From the NCBI GenBank assembly GCA_963843845.1, contig CAWJMB010000002.1:96001-160000 (forward strand): a stretch of DNA of 64,000 nucleotides, given 5' to 3'. The stretch is from an uncultured Gemmatimonadaceae bacterium. Lineage in GTDB: Bacteria > Gemmatimonadota > Gemmatimonadetes > Gemmatimonadales > Gemmatimonadaceae. Positions 1 to 8,946 of the stretch are shown here, piece by piece. A program made the position numbers and the translations under genes. The notes under the pieces are model-generated. The model did no database searches. It was not told where the DNA came from and saw only the letters and a list, made by a program, of their open reading frames with translations. How positions within the stretch are numbered: position 1 is the stretch's first letter; the number at the start of each line of letters is the position of its first letter.

Positions 1-1
1 G

Positions 2-232
2 TTCGCGATCTCGCTCGCCGAGTCGCTGTTCCTCGGCATGGGATGGGGAGAGTCGAGCATCGTGCTCTACCCGGAGAAGCAGGCGCGCTACCGCACGATC
101 TCGCGATCCGAGCTGTCGATCGGGCGGAAGTTCTGCTTCACGCGGACGTTGGGCTCGGGGATGGGGGATGGGGGATCGGGTGGCGATCCACTCCCGACCC
201 CCGACCCCCGACCCCCGATTCCTCGCCGTTAG
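2..232 (+). CDS. 3' end of an unidentified CDS running off the window start; C-terminal tail encoded by a palindromic repeat
   Basis: Open frame from base 2 (FAISLAESLFLGMGWGESSIVLYPEKQARYRT...) with GC3-rich codons, stop TAG at 230-232. Confidence 0.55.
   Translation, partial: FAISLAESLFLGMGWGESSIVLYPEKQARYRTISRSELSIGRKFCFTRTLGSGMGDGGSGGDPLPTPDPRPPIPRR
151..222. repeat. Imperfect palindrome built from GGGGATG/CCCCCGA heptamers
   Basis: GGGCTCGGGGATGGGGGATGGGGGATCGGG (151-180) facing CCCGACCCCCGACCCCCGACCCCCGATTCC (193-222). Confidence 0.8.
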
Positions 233-246
233 CCAGTCCCCACTCC

Positions 247-1320
247 ATGATCGCCGCCGTCACCGGCTCGTCGGGCTTCATCGGCGCGCGGCTCGTCGAC
301 GCGCTGCTGTGGCGCGGGTGGACGGTGCGGCGGCTCGTGCGCGCGCAGTCGACGCCGGCGGCGAGCCTGGCGAGCGTGGCGAGCGTGGCGACGCACGGCT
401 CGTCGCGGCGCTCGCCAGGCTCGACGCCGGCGCGCGATCCGTTAGGCACGCTCGAGACACACGTCGTCGACTTCGGGAACGTCGACGCGCTCGCCGCCTC
501 GCCCGCGCTCGATGACGTCGACGTCGTCTTCCACCTCGCCGGCGTCACGAAGGCGCGTTCCGACGACGAGTTCCGCGCCGGCAACGTCGCGCCGACCGCG
601 GCGCTCCTCGACGCGATCGCCGCCCGCACCGCGCGAGGCGCACCGCCGCCGCGCCGGTTCCTGCTCGTCTCGTCGCAAGCCGCCGCCGGCCCGGCCGAAT
701 CGGCGGAGCGGGCGGTGACCGAGGAGGACGCGCCGCGGCCGTTCGAGGGGTACGGGCGGAGCAAGCTGGAAGCGGAGCGTGTGCTGCGCGAGCACGCGGC
801 CGGCGTGCCGTGGACGATCGCGCGCCCCGCCGCCGTCTACGGCCCCGGCGACGCCGACTTCCTCGCGCTCTTCCGCCAGGCCGCTCACGGACTCGGCCTC
901 TACCCCGGCGACCGCGACGCGCGGCTGTCGATCGTCTACGTCGACGACGCCGTCGACGCGATCCTCCGCGCCGGTACGCACCCGGCGGCGGCGGGGCGCG
1001 TCTACTTCGTCGAGAGCACCGACGCGTCGTGGCGCGACGTCTACCGCGCCGTCTCCCAGGCCGCGCGCAGCGCGCTTCACGTCGAGCTCGACCTTCCCGA
1101 CTGGGCGCTCACGATCGCCGGCCACGCGGGAGACGCCTTCGCGCGGCTCACGGGACGGGCGGCGCTCGTCAACTCGGCGAAGATCGCGCTGGGCAGGCCG
1201 AAATGGTGGCTGTGCAGCGGGGAGCGGGCGCGCGAGGAGCTGGGGATCGTGGCGCGGGTGTCGCTCGCGGACGGGGCGAAGAGGACGCTCGCGTGGTATC
1301 GGGCGGAAGGCTTGCTGTGA
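247..1320 (+). CDS. NAD-dependent epimerase/dehydratase (extended SDR)
   Basis: VTGSSGFIG Rossmann motif, VFHLAG, YGRSK catalytic motif, RPAAVYGPGD; start moved to ATG 247. Confidence 0.9.
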   Translation: MIAAVTGSSGFIGARLVDALLWRGWTVRRLVRAQSTPAASLASVASVATHGSSRRSPGSTPARDPLGTLETHVVDFGNVDALAASPALDDVDVVFHLAGVTKARSDDEFRAGNVAPTAALLDAIAARTARGAPPPRRFLLVSSQAAAGPAESAERAVTEEDAPRPFEGYGRSKLEAERVLREHAAGVPWTIARPAAVYGPGDADFLALFRQAAHGLGLYPGDRDARLSIVYVDDAVDAILRAGTHPAAAGRVYFVESTDASWRDVYRAVSQAARSALHVELDLPDWALTIAGHAGDAFARLTGRAALVNSAKIALGRPKWWLCSGERAREELGIVARVSLADGAKRTLAWYRAEGLL

Positions 1321-1441
1321 CGGCGGGGCTCACGCCGTTCCCGCTTCCGGCATTCTGGACTCGTGCGAGCACGCCGTCTGCTAGAGTGCCAGCGACTCAG
1401 ACTCCCTGCTCGACGACCGACCGCGCGAGAGGCTTTCGACC

Positions 1442-1702
1442 ATGCGACCCCGTCGACTCCGCAGGATGACCGCCGCCGCGATGCAGCGCCGGCGCGCCGC
1501 GTTCTACGTGCTGGTGCACCAGCACGAGCACGAACCCGACGAGTACTTCATCGACCCCGCGGCGCGCCTCTACGACGACATGGTCGTCGCGCTCCCGCCG
1601 CTGCCGCCGCGCCGCGCCGCGCGCTTCCGCGATCAGCTCGAGCTCTGGCCGGTGCACGTCGCCCTGCCGATGCGAGCGCCGGCGATCGCGCTGAGCGCGT
1701 GA
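1442..1702 (+). CDS. Small hypothetical protein
   Basis: 86-aa ORF with coding-like codon use (AFYVLVHQHEHEPDEYFIDP); no family recognised. Confidence 0.5.
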   Translation: MRPRRLRRMTAAAMQRRRAAFYVLVHQHEHEPDEYFIDPAARLYDDMVVALPPLPPRRAARFRDQLELWPVHVALPMRAPAIALSA

Positions 1703-1766
1703 GCACCTCGCGCGCCCCCCGCGCCGCGCGACCCCTTCGCCGCGGAGCCGGCGACGACCTCCGTCG

Positions 1767-2543
1767 CTACCGCTCCGCCTGGCACCGCCGCCCGACCGGC
1801 AGTGCGTAGAGTGCACGCGCCACGGCACGGTCCTCCGCGCTGATCCGCTCCGCCACGACGAGCGGCGCCATCACCGACGTCGGCGCCGCGTGGTGCGCGA
1901 GGCCGAGGGCATGCCCCAGCTCGTGACGAACGACGGCGCGGACGTCGGCCGGGAGGTACGGCGTTCCGTTCGGCGCCGCCGTCGCCACCGTCACGGTCGC
2001 CGCGGCGATGCGGCCGCTCTCGGCGACGGCGAGCGTCGTACGGCCGGCGGTGAAGGTCGCGAGCGGGCTGCCGAGCGTGCCGGCGCCCGGGTCGTTCGGC
2101 GCCGTCTCGAGCGCGCGTGCCCACAGCACGTGCACGTCCGCGCGCGCCGAGTCGCGGCCGACGACGACGCGGAGGCCGGGCACGACGTCCGCCCACGCGC
2201 CGACCCCGTCGACGAGCGCCTCACGCCACTCGACGTCGCGGTAGAGCGTGCCCGGCGCGCTCCGCGGGCGCCCCTGGAGCCAGACGACCAGCGGGCCCCG
2301 CTCGCCGCCCCACCGAGCGACCGCGCTGTGCGTGCTCAGGGCCGCCGCGAGATCCGTAGCGACGGCCGGGGCGCCGCTCCCCTCGCGTCCGGCGACCGTC
2401 TCGCGCGCGAGCGCCGAGCAGGCCAGCATCGGGATCGAGTCGCCCGCGGCCTCGGACACGAGCGTGGGCCCGGCCGTCGGTGGGACGACGGCAGAGGCCA
2501 GAGCGGCGACGGAGGCCGCGAGGAGGGAGGAGAGCAGCACCAT
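1767..2543 (-). CDS. Secreted matrixin-family (metzincin) metalloprotease
   Basis: HELGHALGLAH zinc motif followed by Met-turn SVMAP; signal-like N-terminus MVLLSSLLAASVAALASA. Confidence 0.85.
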   Translation of the reverse strand: MVLLSSLLAASVAALASAVVPPTAGPTLVSEAAGDSIPMLACSALARETVAGREGSGAPAVATDLAAALSTHSAVARWGGERGPLVVWLQGRPRSAPGTLYRDVEWREALVDGVGAWADVVPGLRVVVGRDSARADVHVLWARALETAPNDPGAGTLGSPLATFTAGRTTLAVAESGRIAAATVTVATAAPNGTPYLPADVRAVVRHELGHALGLAHHAAPTSVMAPLVVAERISAEDRAVARALYALPVGRRCQAER

Positions 2544-2668
2544 CGAGCACCACCGGCGTACGGCGAGAGGCGAGCTCGGCGCGGGCGACCGTCGACCACG
2601 GGACGCGGACCCCTCGCTTCGGCACGCGCGTACTGCCGACGCCCACGTTCGCCAGAAGATACACGTTC

Positions 2669-2720
2669 GTGACAATCGTGACAATGCAGTGACAATGCAG
2701 TGACAATGCAGTGACGATGC
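2669..2720. promoter_or_regulatory. 11-bp tandem repeat GTGACAATGCA, candidate OmpR/PhoB-type operator
   Basis: GTGACAATC + (GTGACAATGCA)x3 + GTGACGATGC, intergenic, upstream of the matrixin gene. Confidence 0.5.
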
Positions 2721-2967
2721 GGCGACGATCGTACACCGTCCGGCCTCGCCGTCGGCCCGAGTCGATCGCCCCGAGGCCGAACGCGTTGGCGACGCCGCCG
2801 GTATCGTGGTGATCCTCGTTCTCGCCGCGCTGTGGTACTGGTCCCGCGCCCGATAGCGGGCGGCCGGGCTGTGGCGCCGCGGGCGACGCGCGGTGCCAGT
2901 CGTGGTACGCGATCGTGACGGGCCGCGACGTACGCGATCCGCGCGCGCGACGCATCGTCTGACGATC

Positions 2968-3099
2968 ATGCGACGCATCCTCGTCTTTCCCCTCCTGCTC
3001 TGCATCGCGGCCATCATCGTCGTCGTGCCCGGCACACGCCTCGGCGACGCCGCGAACCGGTTCGGGCGGCATGTCTTTCACTGGGCGCGCGAAGTGTAG
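2968..3099 (+). CDS. Small putative membrane peptide (43 aa)
   Basis: MRRILVFPLLLCIAAIIVVVPG..., hydrophobic N-terminus and typical codon use. Confidence 0.45.
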   Translation: MRRILVFPLLLCIAAIIVVVPGTRLGDAANRFGRHVFHWAREV

Positions 3100-3396
3100 G
3101 GCCGGCCACGGGTGACGCTCGTCTCGGAGAGCGGGCGGCTCATCGCCTTCGATGCGAACACGCTCGCCGAGCTCGACAACCGGTCGCCGGAGCACTGGGG
3201 GCGCACGCGACCGGGACGCACTTCCACGCCTGCTTCCACCTGAGCGACGCCGCTCCACAGGCGACGTCGATTCACTGCCCGAGCCGGCGACGATCGTGCT
3301 GACGGCACAGCCGAGGTCCTCGGCGTCGGCGCGACGCCTCGCACCACCGCGCCGACAGCACCGCCCCTCCTCGTCCCCCCTGAGTCACACCGTATC

Positions 3397-3434
3397 ACCG
3401 CAGTTCGACCGCAGCTCGACCGCAGCTCGACCGC
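3397..3434. repeat. 11-bp tandem repeat ACCGCAGYTCG upstream of TonB receptor
   Basis: ACCGCAGTTCG ACCGCAGCTCG ACCGCAGCTCG ACCGC. Confidence 0.75.
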
Positions 3435-3568
3435 GCTGACACGGCGGACGAGGAACGGCAGTCGGCACCTCCGGCCGCCCGTTACACGTCCGTTGCAGAG
3501 TCGCGGCACGGCTGATACGGGCGCCGGTGAGATACCAGGCGATGGTTCTTCCCCTCGACCCACTCGCC

Positions 3569-6385
3569 ATGCGACCAGCTCTGGCGTTCCTGTTACTCGC
3601 CACGCCGGCGTTCGCCCAGACGGGCGGTGCGCCGGCGTCTTCACAGCTCCCTGCGGCACAGCAGCCCGGCGCGCGCACCGGCCGGATCGTCGGCCGCATC
3701 GTCGACGCCAACACCGGCGCCGGCATCGCCGACGTCGGCATCCAGATCGTCGGCACGACGTCAGGCACCATCTCCGGCGTCGACGGGCGCTTCACGCTCC
3801 CCGCGGTCGGCGCCGGCCCGGTCTCGATCCTCGCCCGCCGCATCGGCTATCAGGCGAAGACCGTGACCGGCATCGTCGTTCCCGCCGGCGGCTCGGTCGA
3901 GCAGAGCGTCGCGTTAGGCACCGCCGCCGTGCAGCTCGCCGCCGTCACCGCGACCGCGTCGGCCGAGCGCGGCACGGTGAGCGCGGCGCTCGACCAGCAG
4001 CGCACCGCGACCGGCATCGTCAACTCCATCACGGCCGAGCAGATCGCCAAGAGCCCCGACCGCGACGCGGCGCAGGCGGTGCAGCGCGTCAGTGGCGTGA
4101 CCGTCACCGACGGCCGCTACGTGCTCGTCCGCGGACTCGGCGAGCGCTACACGACGACGTCGCTGAACGGCGCGCGCGTGCCGAGCCCGGAGCCGGAGCG
4201 CAAAGTCGTGCCGCTCGACCTCTTTCCGTCGGCGCTGCTGCAGAGCGTGACGACGAGCAAGACGTTCACGCCGGACCAGCCCGGCGACTTCACCGGCGCC
4301 TCGGTCGACATCACGACGCGCGAGTTCCCGGCGCGCCGCCTCATGACGCTGTCGCTCGCGTCGGGGTACAACAGCGCGGTCACCGGGAAAACGGTGCTCA
4401 CCGGCTCGCGGCTCGGCACCGAATGGCTCGGCTTCGCGGGCGCCGGGCGCGACAAGCCGGCGTTGGGCGACGCGCCGGTGCGCGCGCTCTCGGCCGCGGA
4501 CTCGCGGCTGTTCACCGGCTCGCTGCGCAACAACTGGACGCCGTTCGCGTCGCAGGGGCGTCCGAACAGCGGCGTCGGCGCGTCGCTCGGCGGACAGAAC
4601 GCGGTGTTCGGGCAGACGATCGGCTACGTCGCCTCGCTGTCGTACGCGTACAACCAGGAGCGGCGCCGCGACGAGCTGCGCCAGCTCGTCGTCGGCGGCG
4701 GGAGCGCGGAGACGCGGGCGTTCAACACGTTCCGCGGCGAGACCGGGCGCGAGAACGTGCTGTGGGGCGGCATCGCGAACTTCAGCACGCTCATCGGCTC
4801 GCGCACGCGCCTCGCCTTCAACAACCTCTACAACCGCTCGTCGGACAACGAGGCGCACCTCGACAGCGGGTTCGACGAAGGGCTGAGCCCCGACCCGACG
4901 GCGCGCGTGAGCAGCGTGCGCCGCTCGTGGCTCGACTTCGTGGAGCGCACCGTCCGCTCCACCCAGCTGCGTGGCGAGCACACGTTAGGCAGCCGGCAGA
5001 ACCTCGACTGGACGGTCACGTCGTCGGGCGTCACGCGCGACCAGCCCGACCGCACCGACGTCTTCACGCGCAGAGACGACCTCGCGTCGCCGAGCATCCT
5101 GCCGTTGGGCGAGCCGCGCGCGGCGCGGCGGCTGTTCGCCGCGCTGACCGAGAACGTGCTCGCGCCGACGGCGAACTACCGCGTCTCCTTCGGCAGCGAG
5201 TCGGCGCCCTGGCTCTTGAAGCTCGGCGCCTCGCACCGCGACACGCGGCGTGAGGCGTCGGCGGAGCCGTTCTACTTCACGTCGCCGACCGTCACCGAGC
5301 GCGAGCTGCAGCAGACGCCCGAGGCGCTGTTCCCGACGCTCGTCGCGCAGAGCCGCGTCATCGTCGACCGCGACCCGGCGTCGGGTGCGTACGACGCGAC
5401 CGACCGCGTGACCGGCGGCTACGCGATGGCCGAGGTGCCGTTGGGCACGCGGCTCCGCGTGATCGGCGGCGCGCGCGTCGAGCGGTGGCAGCTCGACCTC
5501 GCCACGCGGCAGACCGTGGGCGAGCGCTTCGACTCGACGTACAGAACGACCGACCTGCTGCCGTCGCTCGCGCTCAACGTCACGCTGAGCGACCGCCAGA
5601 ACGTGCGGCTCTCGGCGTCGCGCACGCTGTCGCGGCCGGAGTACCGCGAGCTGTCGCCGCTGCAGGAGCGCGGGCCGATCGGCGACCTCGACTTCATCGG
5701 CAACCCGGCGCTGCAGCGCGCGCTCATCGTGAACGCCGACGCGCGGTGGGAGTTCTATCCGAACCCGGGCGAGCTGTTCTCGGTCGCCGCATTCGCGAAG
5801 CGCTTCGACAGCCCGATCGAGCGCGTGCAGGTGTCGACGAACGGCGGCAACATCTACAGCTTCGTGAACGCCGAGCGGGCGAACAACTACGGCGTGGAGC
5901 TCGAGGCGCGAAAGAACTTCGGCGCGTTCGCCGAGGCGCTGCGGCCGTTCTCGGGGTTCACGAACGTGACGCTGATGCGGAGCGAGATCACGCCCGGCAA
6001 CGGCGACATCAGCGCGCTGACGAGTGCCGACCGCCCGATGGTGGGCCAGGCGCCGTACGTGCTGAACGCCGGGCTCTCGTGGGCGAACGCGAGCGGGCGG
6101 GCGAGCGCGACGGCGCTCTACAACATCGTCGGCCGCGCGATCACGACGACCGGCACGAAGCCGACGCCCGACACGTACCGCGAGGCGCGCAACTCGCTCG
6201 ACCTCTCGGTGCAGCTGCCGCTCGTCGGCGACCTGTCGACGAAGCTGAACGCGCGCAACCTGCTCGACGACGACTGGCTCGAGACCGCGGGCGGCATCAC
6301 GCGCCTGCAGTACCGCACGGGGCGCATCTTCACGGTCGGATTCACGTGGACCCCGAGCGCGTCGGTGCCCGTGACGAATCCGTGA
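3569..6385 (+). CDS. TonB-dependent receptor with N-terminal carboxypeptidase-regulatory-like domain
   Basis: Signal peptide MRPALAFLLLATPAFAQ; GRIVGRIVDANTG; plug motif VLVRGLGERY...PLDLFPS; barrel end NARNLLD...GRIFTVGFTW. Confidence 0.93.
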   Translation: MRPALAFLLLATPAFAQTGGAPASSQLPAAQQPGARTGRIVGRIVDANTGAGIADVGIQIVGTTSGTISGVDGRFTLPAVGAGPVSILARRIGYQAKTVTGIVVPAGGSVEQSVALGTAAVQLAAVTATASAERGTVSAALDQQRTATGIVNSITAEQIAKSPDRDAAQAVQRVSGVTVTDGRYVLVRGLGERYTTTSLNGARVPSPEPERKVVPLDLFPSALLQSVTTSKTFTPDQPGDFTGASVDITTREFPARRLMTLSLASGYNSAVTGKTVLTGSRLGTEWLGFAGAGRDKPALGDAPVRALSAADSRLFTGSLRNNWTPFASQGRPNSGVGASLGGQNAVFGQTIGYVASLSYAYNQERRRDELRQLVVGGGSAETRAFNTFRGETGRENVLWGGIANFSTLIGSRTRLAFNNLYNRSSDNEAHLDSGFDEGLSPDPTARVSSVRRSWLDFVERTVRSTQLRGEHTLGSRQNLDWTVTSSGVTRDQPDRTDVFTRRDDLASPSILPLGEPRAARRLFAALTENVLAPTANYRVSFGSESAPWLLKLGASHRDTRREASAEPFYFTSPTVTERELQQTPEALFPTLVAQSRVIVDRDPASGAYDATDRVTGGYAMAEVPLGTRLRVIGGARVERWQLDLATRQTVGERFDSTYRTTDLLPSLALNVTLSDRQNVRLSASRTLSRPEYRELSPLQERGPIGDLDFIGNPALQRALIVNADARWEFYPNPGELFSVAAFAKRFDSPIERVQVSTNGGNIYSFVNAERANNYGVELEARKNFGAFAEALRPFSGFTNVTLMRSEITPGNGDISALTSADRPMVGQAPYVLNAGLSWANASGRASATALYNIVGRAITTTGTKPTPDTYREARNSLDLSVQLPLVGDLSTKLNARNLLDDDWLETAGGITRLQYRTGRIFTVGFTWTPSASVPVTNP

Positions 6386-6405
6386 CCGGTTCGACACGGA
6401 AAACT

Positions 6406-6440
6406 GCGACTCCGCGGACATTGTCCGCGGAGTCGCTTTT
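6406..6440 (+). terminator. Intrinsic terminator-like hairpin between receptor and lipoprotein
   Basis: Perfect 15-bp inverted repeat GCGACTCCGCGGACA-T-TGTCCGCGGAGTCGC followed by TTTT. Confidence 0.8.
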
Positions 6441-6457
6441 CTTCGTCCTCCTCTCGG

Positions 6458-8239
6458 ATGCGCAGACCCATGGGACTCTTCCCTCGTACGATTCTGGCGG
6501 CCGGCGCGCTCGCGTCGGCGTTCGCGTCAGGCGCCTGTAGCGGCGACGACAACGGCGACATCGGCACGACGCCGGTGACGCCGGGTACGCCGGGCACGCC
6601 GCCGGCCGCGCCGACGAACCTCACCGCCGTCGCGCTCTCGCCATCGTCGATCCAGCTCACGTGGAGCGGCGTCACCGGCGCGACCGGGTACCGCGTGCAG
6701 CGCGCGGCCGCCTCGACCGGCACGTTCGCGACGATCGCCGCGAACGTCAGCGCGACGACCTACACCGACGTCGGCCTCACGCCGGGCACGTCGTACGCGT
6801 ACCGCGTGCTGACGCTGCGCAACGCCGACACGAGCGCGACCTTCGCGACCGCGAGCGTCGGCTCGCAGCCGCGCCCGACCGTGACGCTCGCCGGCAACCT
6901 CACGACGGCGCGCACGCTGACGCCCGACACGAACTACGTGCTGAGCGGCTTCTACAAGGTGCGCAGCGGCGGCGTGCTGAACATCGCCGCCGGCACCGTC
7001 ATCGTCGGCGACACGCTCGTCGCCGGCTCGTCGCTCTGGATCACGCAGGGCGGCCGCGTGAACGCGCAGGGCACCGCGGCACAGCCGGTCGTCTTCACGT
7101 CGCAGCGCAGCGCCGGCAACCGCGCGCCCGGCGACTGGGGCGGCATCGTCATGATCGGCCGCGCGGTCGCGAACCGCGGCTGCCCGAACGCGGCGAACGC
7201 CTCCTGCGTCGCGACGACGATCACCGAGGGGCCGGCGAGCGGCATCCAGAACGTCGGCGAGAACTACGCCGGCGGCACCGACCCGAACGACGACAGCGGC
7301 ACGCTGCGCTACGTGCGCATCGAGTTCGCCGGCTACGCGATCGACGTCGATCAGGAGCTCAACGGGCTGTCGATGTACGCCGTCGGGCGCGGCACGACGA
7401 TCGAGTACGTGCAGGTGATGTCGGGGCTCGACGACTCGTTCGAGTGGTTCGGCGGCTCGGTCGACGGGCGCTACCTCGTGTCGTACGAGGCGGGCGACGA
7501 CCACTTCGACTGGACCGAGGGCTACAATGGCCGCAATCAGTTCCTGATCGCGCTCCAGACCTACCGCCCGACGCCGCGCCCCGGCGCCGGCTCGGTGTCG
7601 AGCGACCCGCGCGGCTTCGAGGGGGACGGCTGCGAGATCACGAAGGCCGGCTGCCCGGACTTCAACAACCGGCCGTACTCGGAGCCGGTGTTCGCGAACT
7701 TCACCCTCGTCGGCTCGGGTCCTGGCGTCTTCGCCGGCGTCTCGGCGGCGAACACGAGCGGCGCGACGATCCGCCGCGGCTCGGGCGGGGTGCTCGTGAA
7801 CGGCGTCATCGCGCGCTGGCAGGGGATCGGCCTGAACGTCGTCGACGCGCAGACCGACGCGCGGCGCGCCGAGGACTCGCTGTTCGTGAGCAGCGTGGTG
7901 TTCGCCGGCAACGCCGGCGGCAACTTCAACGCGACCGGCACGGGCTTCGGCCAGGTCACGAACTTCCCGAACAACGAGGACTCCGCGGCCGACGCGGCGA
8001 CGCTGTTCACCGCCCTGCCGGCGGCCGGCACGACGCCGACGCTCGCCGGGCTCGACTGGGCGCCGTCGACGACGTCGGTGCTGCGGACGGGCGGGCTGAC
8101 GACGTTCCCGGCCCGCGTCGCGGCGCGCGTCGCGAACTTCTTCGGCGGGGCGCTGACGGCCACGGCGTACCGCGGCGCGGCCGACCCGGCGTCGTCGACG
8201 AAGTGGTGGCAGGGGTGGACGAACTACGCGCGGAACTGA
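6458..8239 (+). CDS. Lipoprotein with fibronectin type III domain and beta-helix-like body
   Basis: Lipobox-like ASGAC; FN3 APTNLTAVALSPSSIQLTW...YTDVGLTPGTSYAYRV; motifs PGDWGGIV, SGTLRYVRIEFAG, DDSFEWFGG. Confidence 0.85.
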   Translation: MRRPMGLFPRTILAAGALASAFASGACSGDDNGDIGTTPVTPGTPGTPPAAPTNLTAVALSPSSIQLTWSGVTGATGYRVQRAAASTGTFATIAANVSATTYTDVGLTPGTSYAYRVLTLRNADTSATFATASVGSQPRPTVTLAGNLTTARTLTPDTNYVLSGFYKVRSGGVLNIAAGTVIVGDTLVAGSSLWITQGGRVNAQGTAAQPVVFTSQRSAGNRAPGDWGGIVMIGRAVANRGCPNAANASCVATTITEGPASGIQNVGENYAGGTDPNDDSGTLRYVRIEFAGYAIDVDQELNGLSMYAVGRGTTIEYVQVMSGLDDSFEWFGGSVDGRYLVSYEAGDDHFDWTEGYNGRNQFLIALQTYRPTPRPGAGSVSSDPRGFEGDGCEITKAGCPDFNNRPYSEPVFANFTLVGSGPGVFAGVSAANTSGATIRRGSGGVLVNGVIARWQGIGLNVVDAQTDARRAEDSLFVSSVVFAGNAGGNFNATGTGFGQVTNFPNNEDSAADAATLFTALPAAGTTPTLAGLDWAPSTTSVLRTGGLTTFPARVAARVANFFGGALTATAYRGAADPASSTKWWQGWTNYARN

Positions 8240-8264
8240 GCCCGGCGCTCCGCGTGGCCGCGGC

Positions 8265-8903
8265 ATGGCAGTGACGCGATTCTCCGTCGGCAGCGCGATC
8301 GTTTCGACGATCGCGCTGTTCGCGTGTCGAGACACACCCGCTCCGGGATCGCTCCCGATGTCCCACCCCGATCCGGCCGAGGCGCGCGTCGCGACCGCCT
8401 CGGCGGCCGCCGACAGTCTCTACGCGCCCGCCGCGCTCATCGTGGCGTTCCGCGACCGCGTCCCCGGGCGCCCGACGCAGCTCGGCGGCGGCGCGACGAC
8501 GAGCCTCGACTCGCTGCTCGCCCGCTACGCGCACGCCGTCGAGCGCGCCGACACCGCAGCACTCCGGTCACTCGTGCTGACGCCGAGCGAGTTCGCGTGG
8601 CTGTACTATCTCGACAGCCCGATGGCGCAGACGCCATACGAGCTCGACCCCGAGACGATGTGGCTGCAGATCCGGTCGCGCGGCGAGCAGGGGGAGGCAC
8701 GGGCGCTCGCGCTGCTCGGCGGGAAACCGTTAGGCGCGTGGCGACACGCGTGCGGCGCGTTCCGCACGTCGGGCGCGCTGTCGCTCGTCGACTGCACGAT
8801 CACGCTCGGCGGGCGCGGTGGCGCGGCGGACACGGCGCTCCGACTGTCGATCGTCGGGCGCGAGGGGCGCTACAAGCTCGTGAGCCTCGCGACGTCGCTC
8901 TGA
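8265..8903 (+). CDS. Hypothetical lipoprotein
   Basis: N-terminal hydrophobic stretch ending LFAC; coding-like codon use. Confidence 0.7.
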   Translation: MAVTRFSVGSAIVSTIALFACRDTPAPGSLPMSHPDPAEARVATASAAADSLYAPAALIVAFRDRVPGRPTQLGGGATTSLDSLLARYAHAVERADTAALRSLVLTPSEFAWLYYLDSPMAQTPYELDPETMWLQIRSRGEQGEARALALLGGKPLGAWRHACGAFRTSGALSLVDCTITLGGRGGAADTALRLSIVGREGRYKLVSLATSL

Positions 8904-8946
8904 CGCGACTCCGGCTCGAGACGCGGGCCCGCTATACTGCGTGGCC

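Noticed and set aside
2704..2856. Small TM peptide ...GIVVILVLAALWYWSRAR
   Set aside because: No convincing in-frame start upstream of the hydrophobic segment
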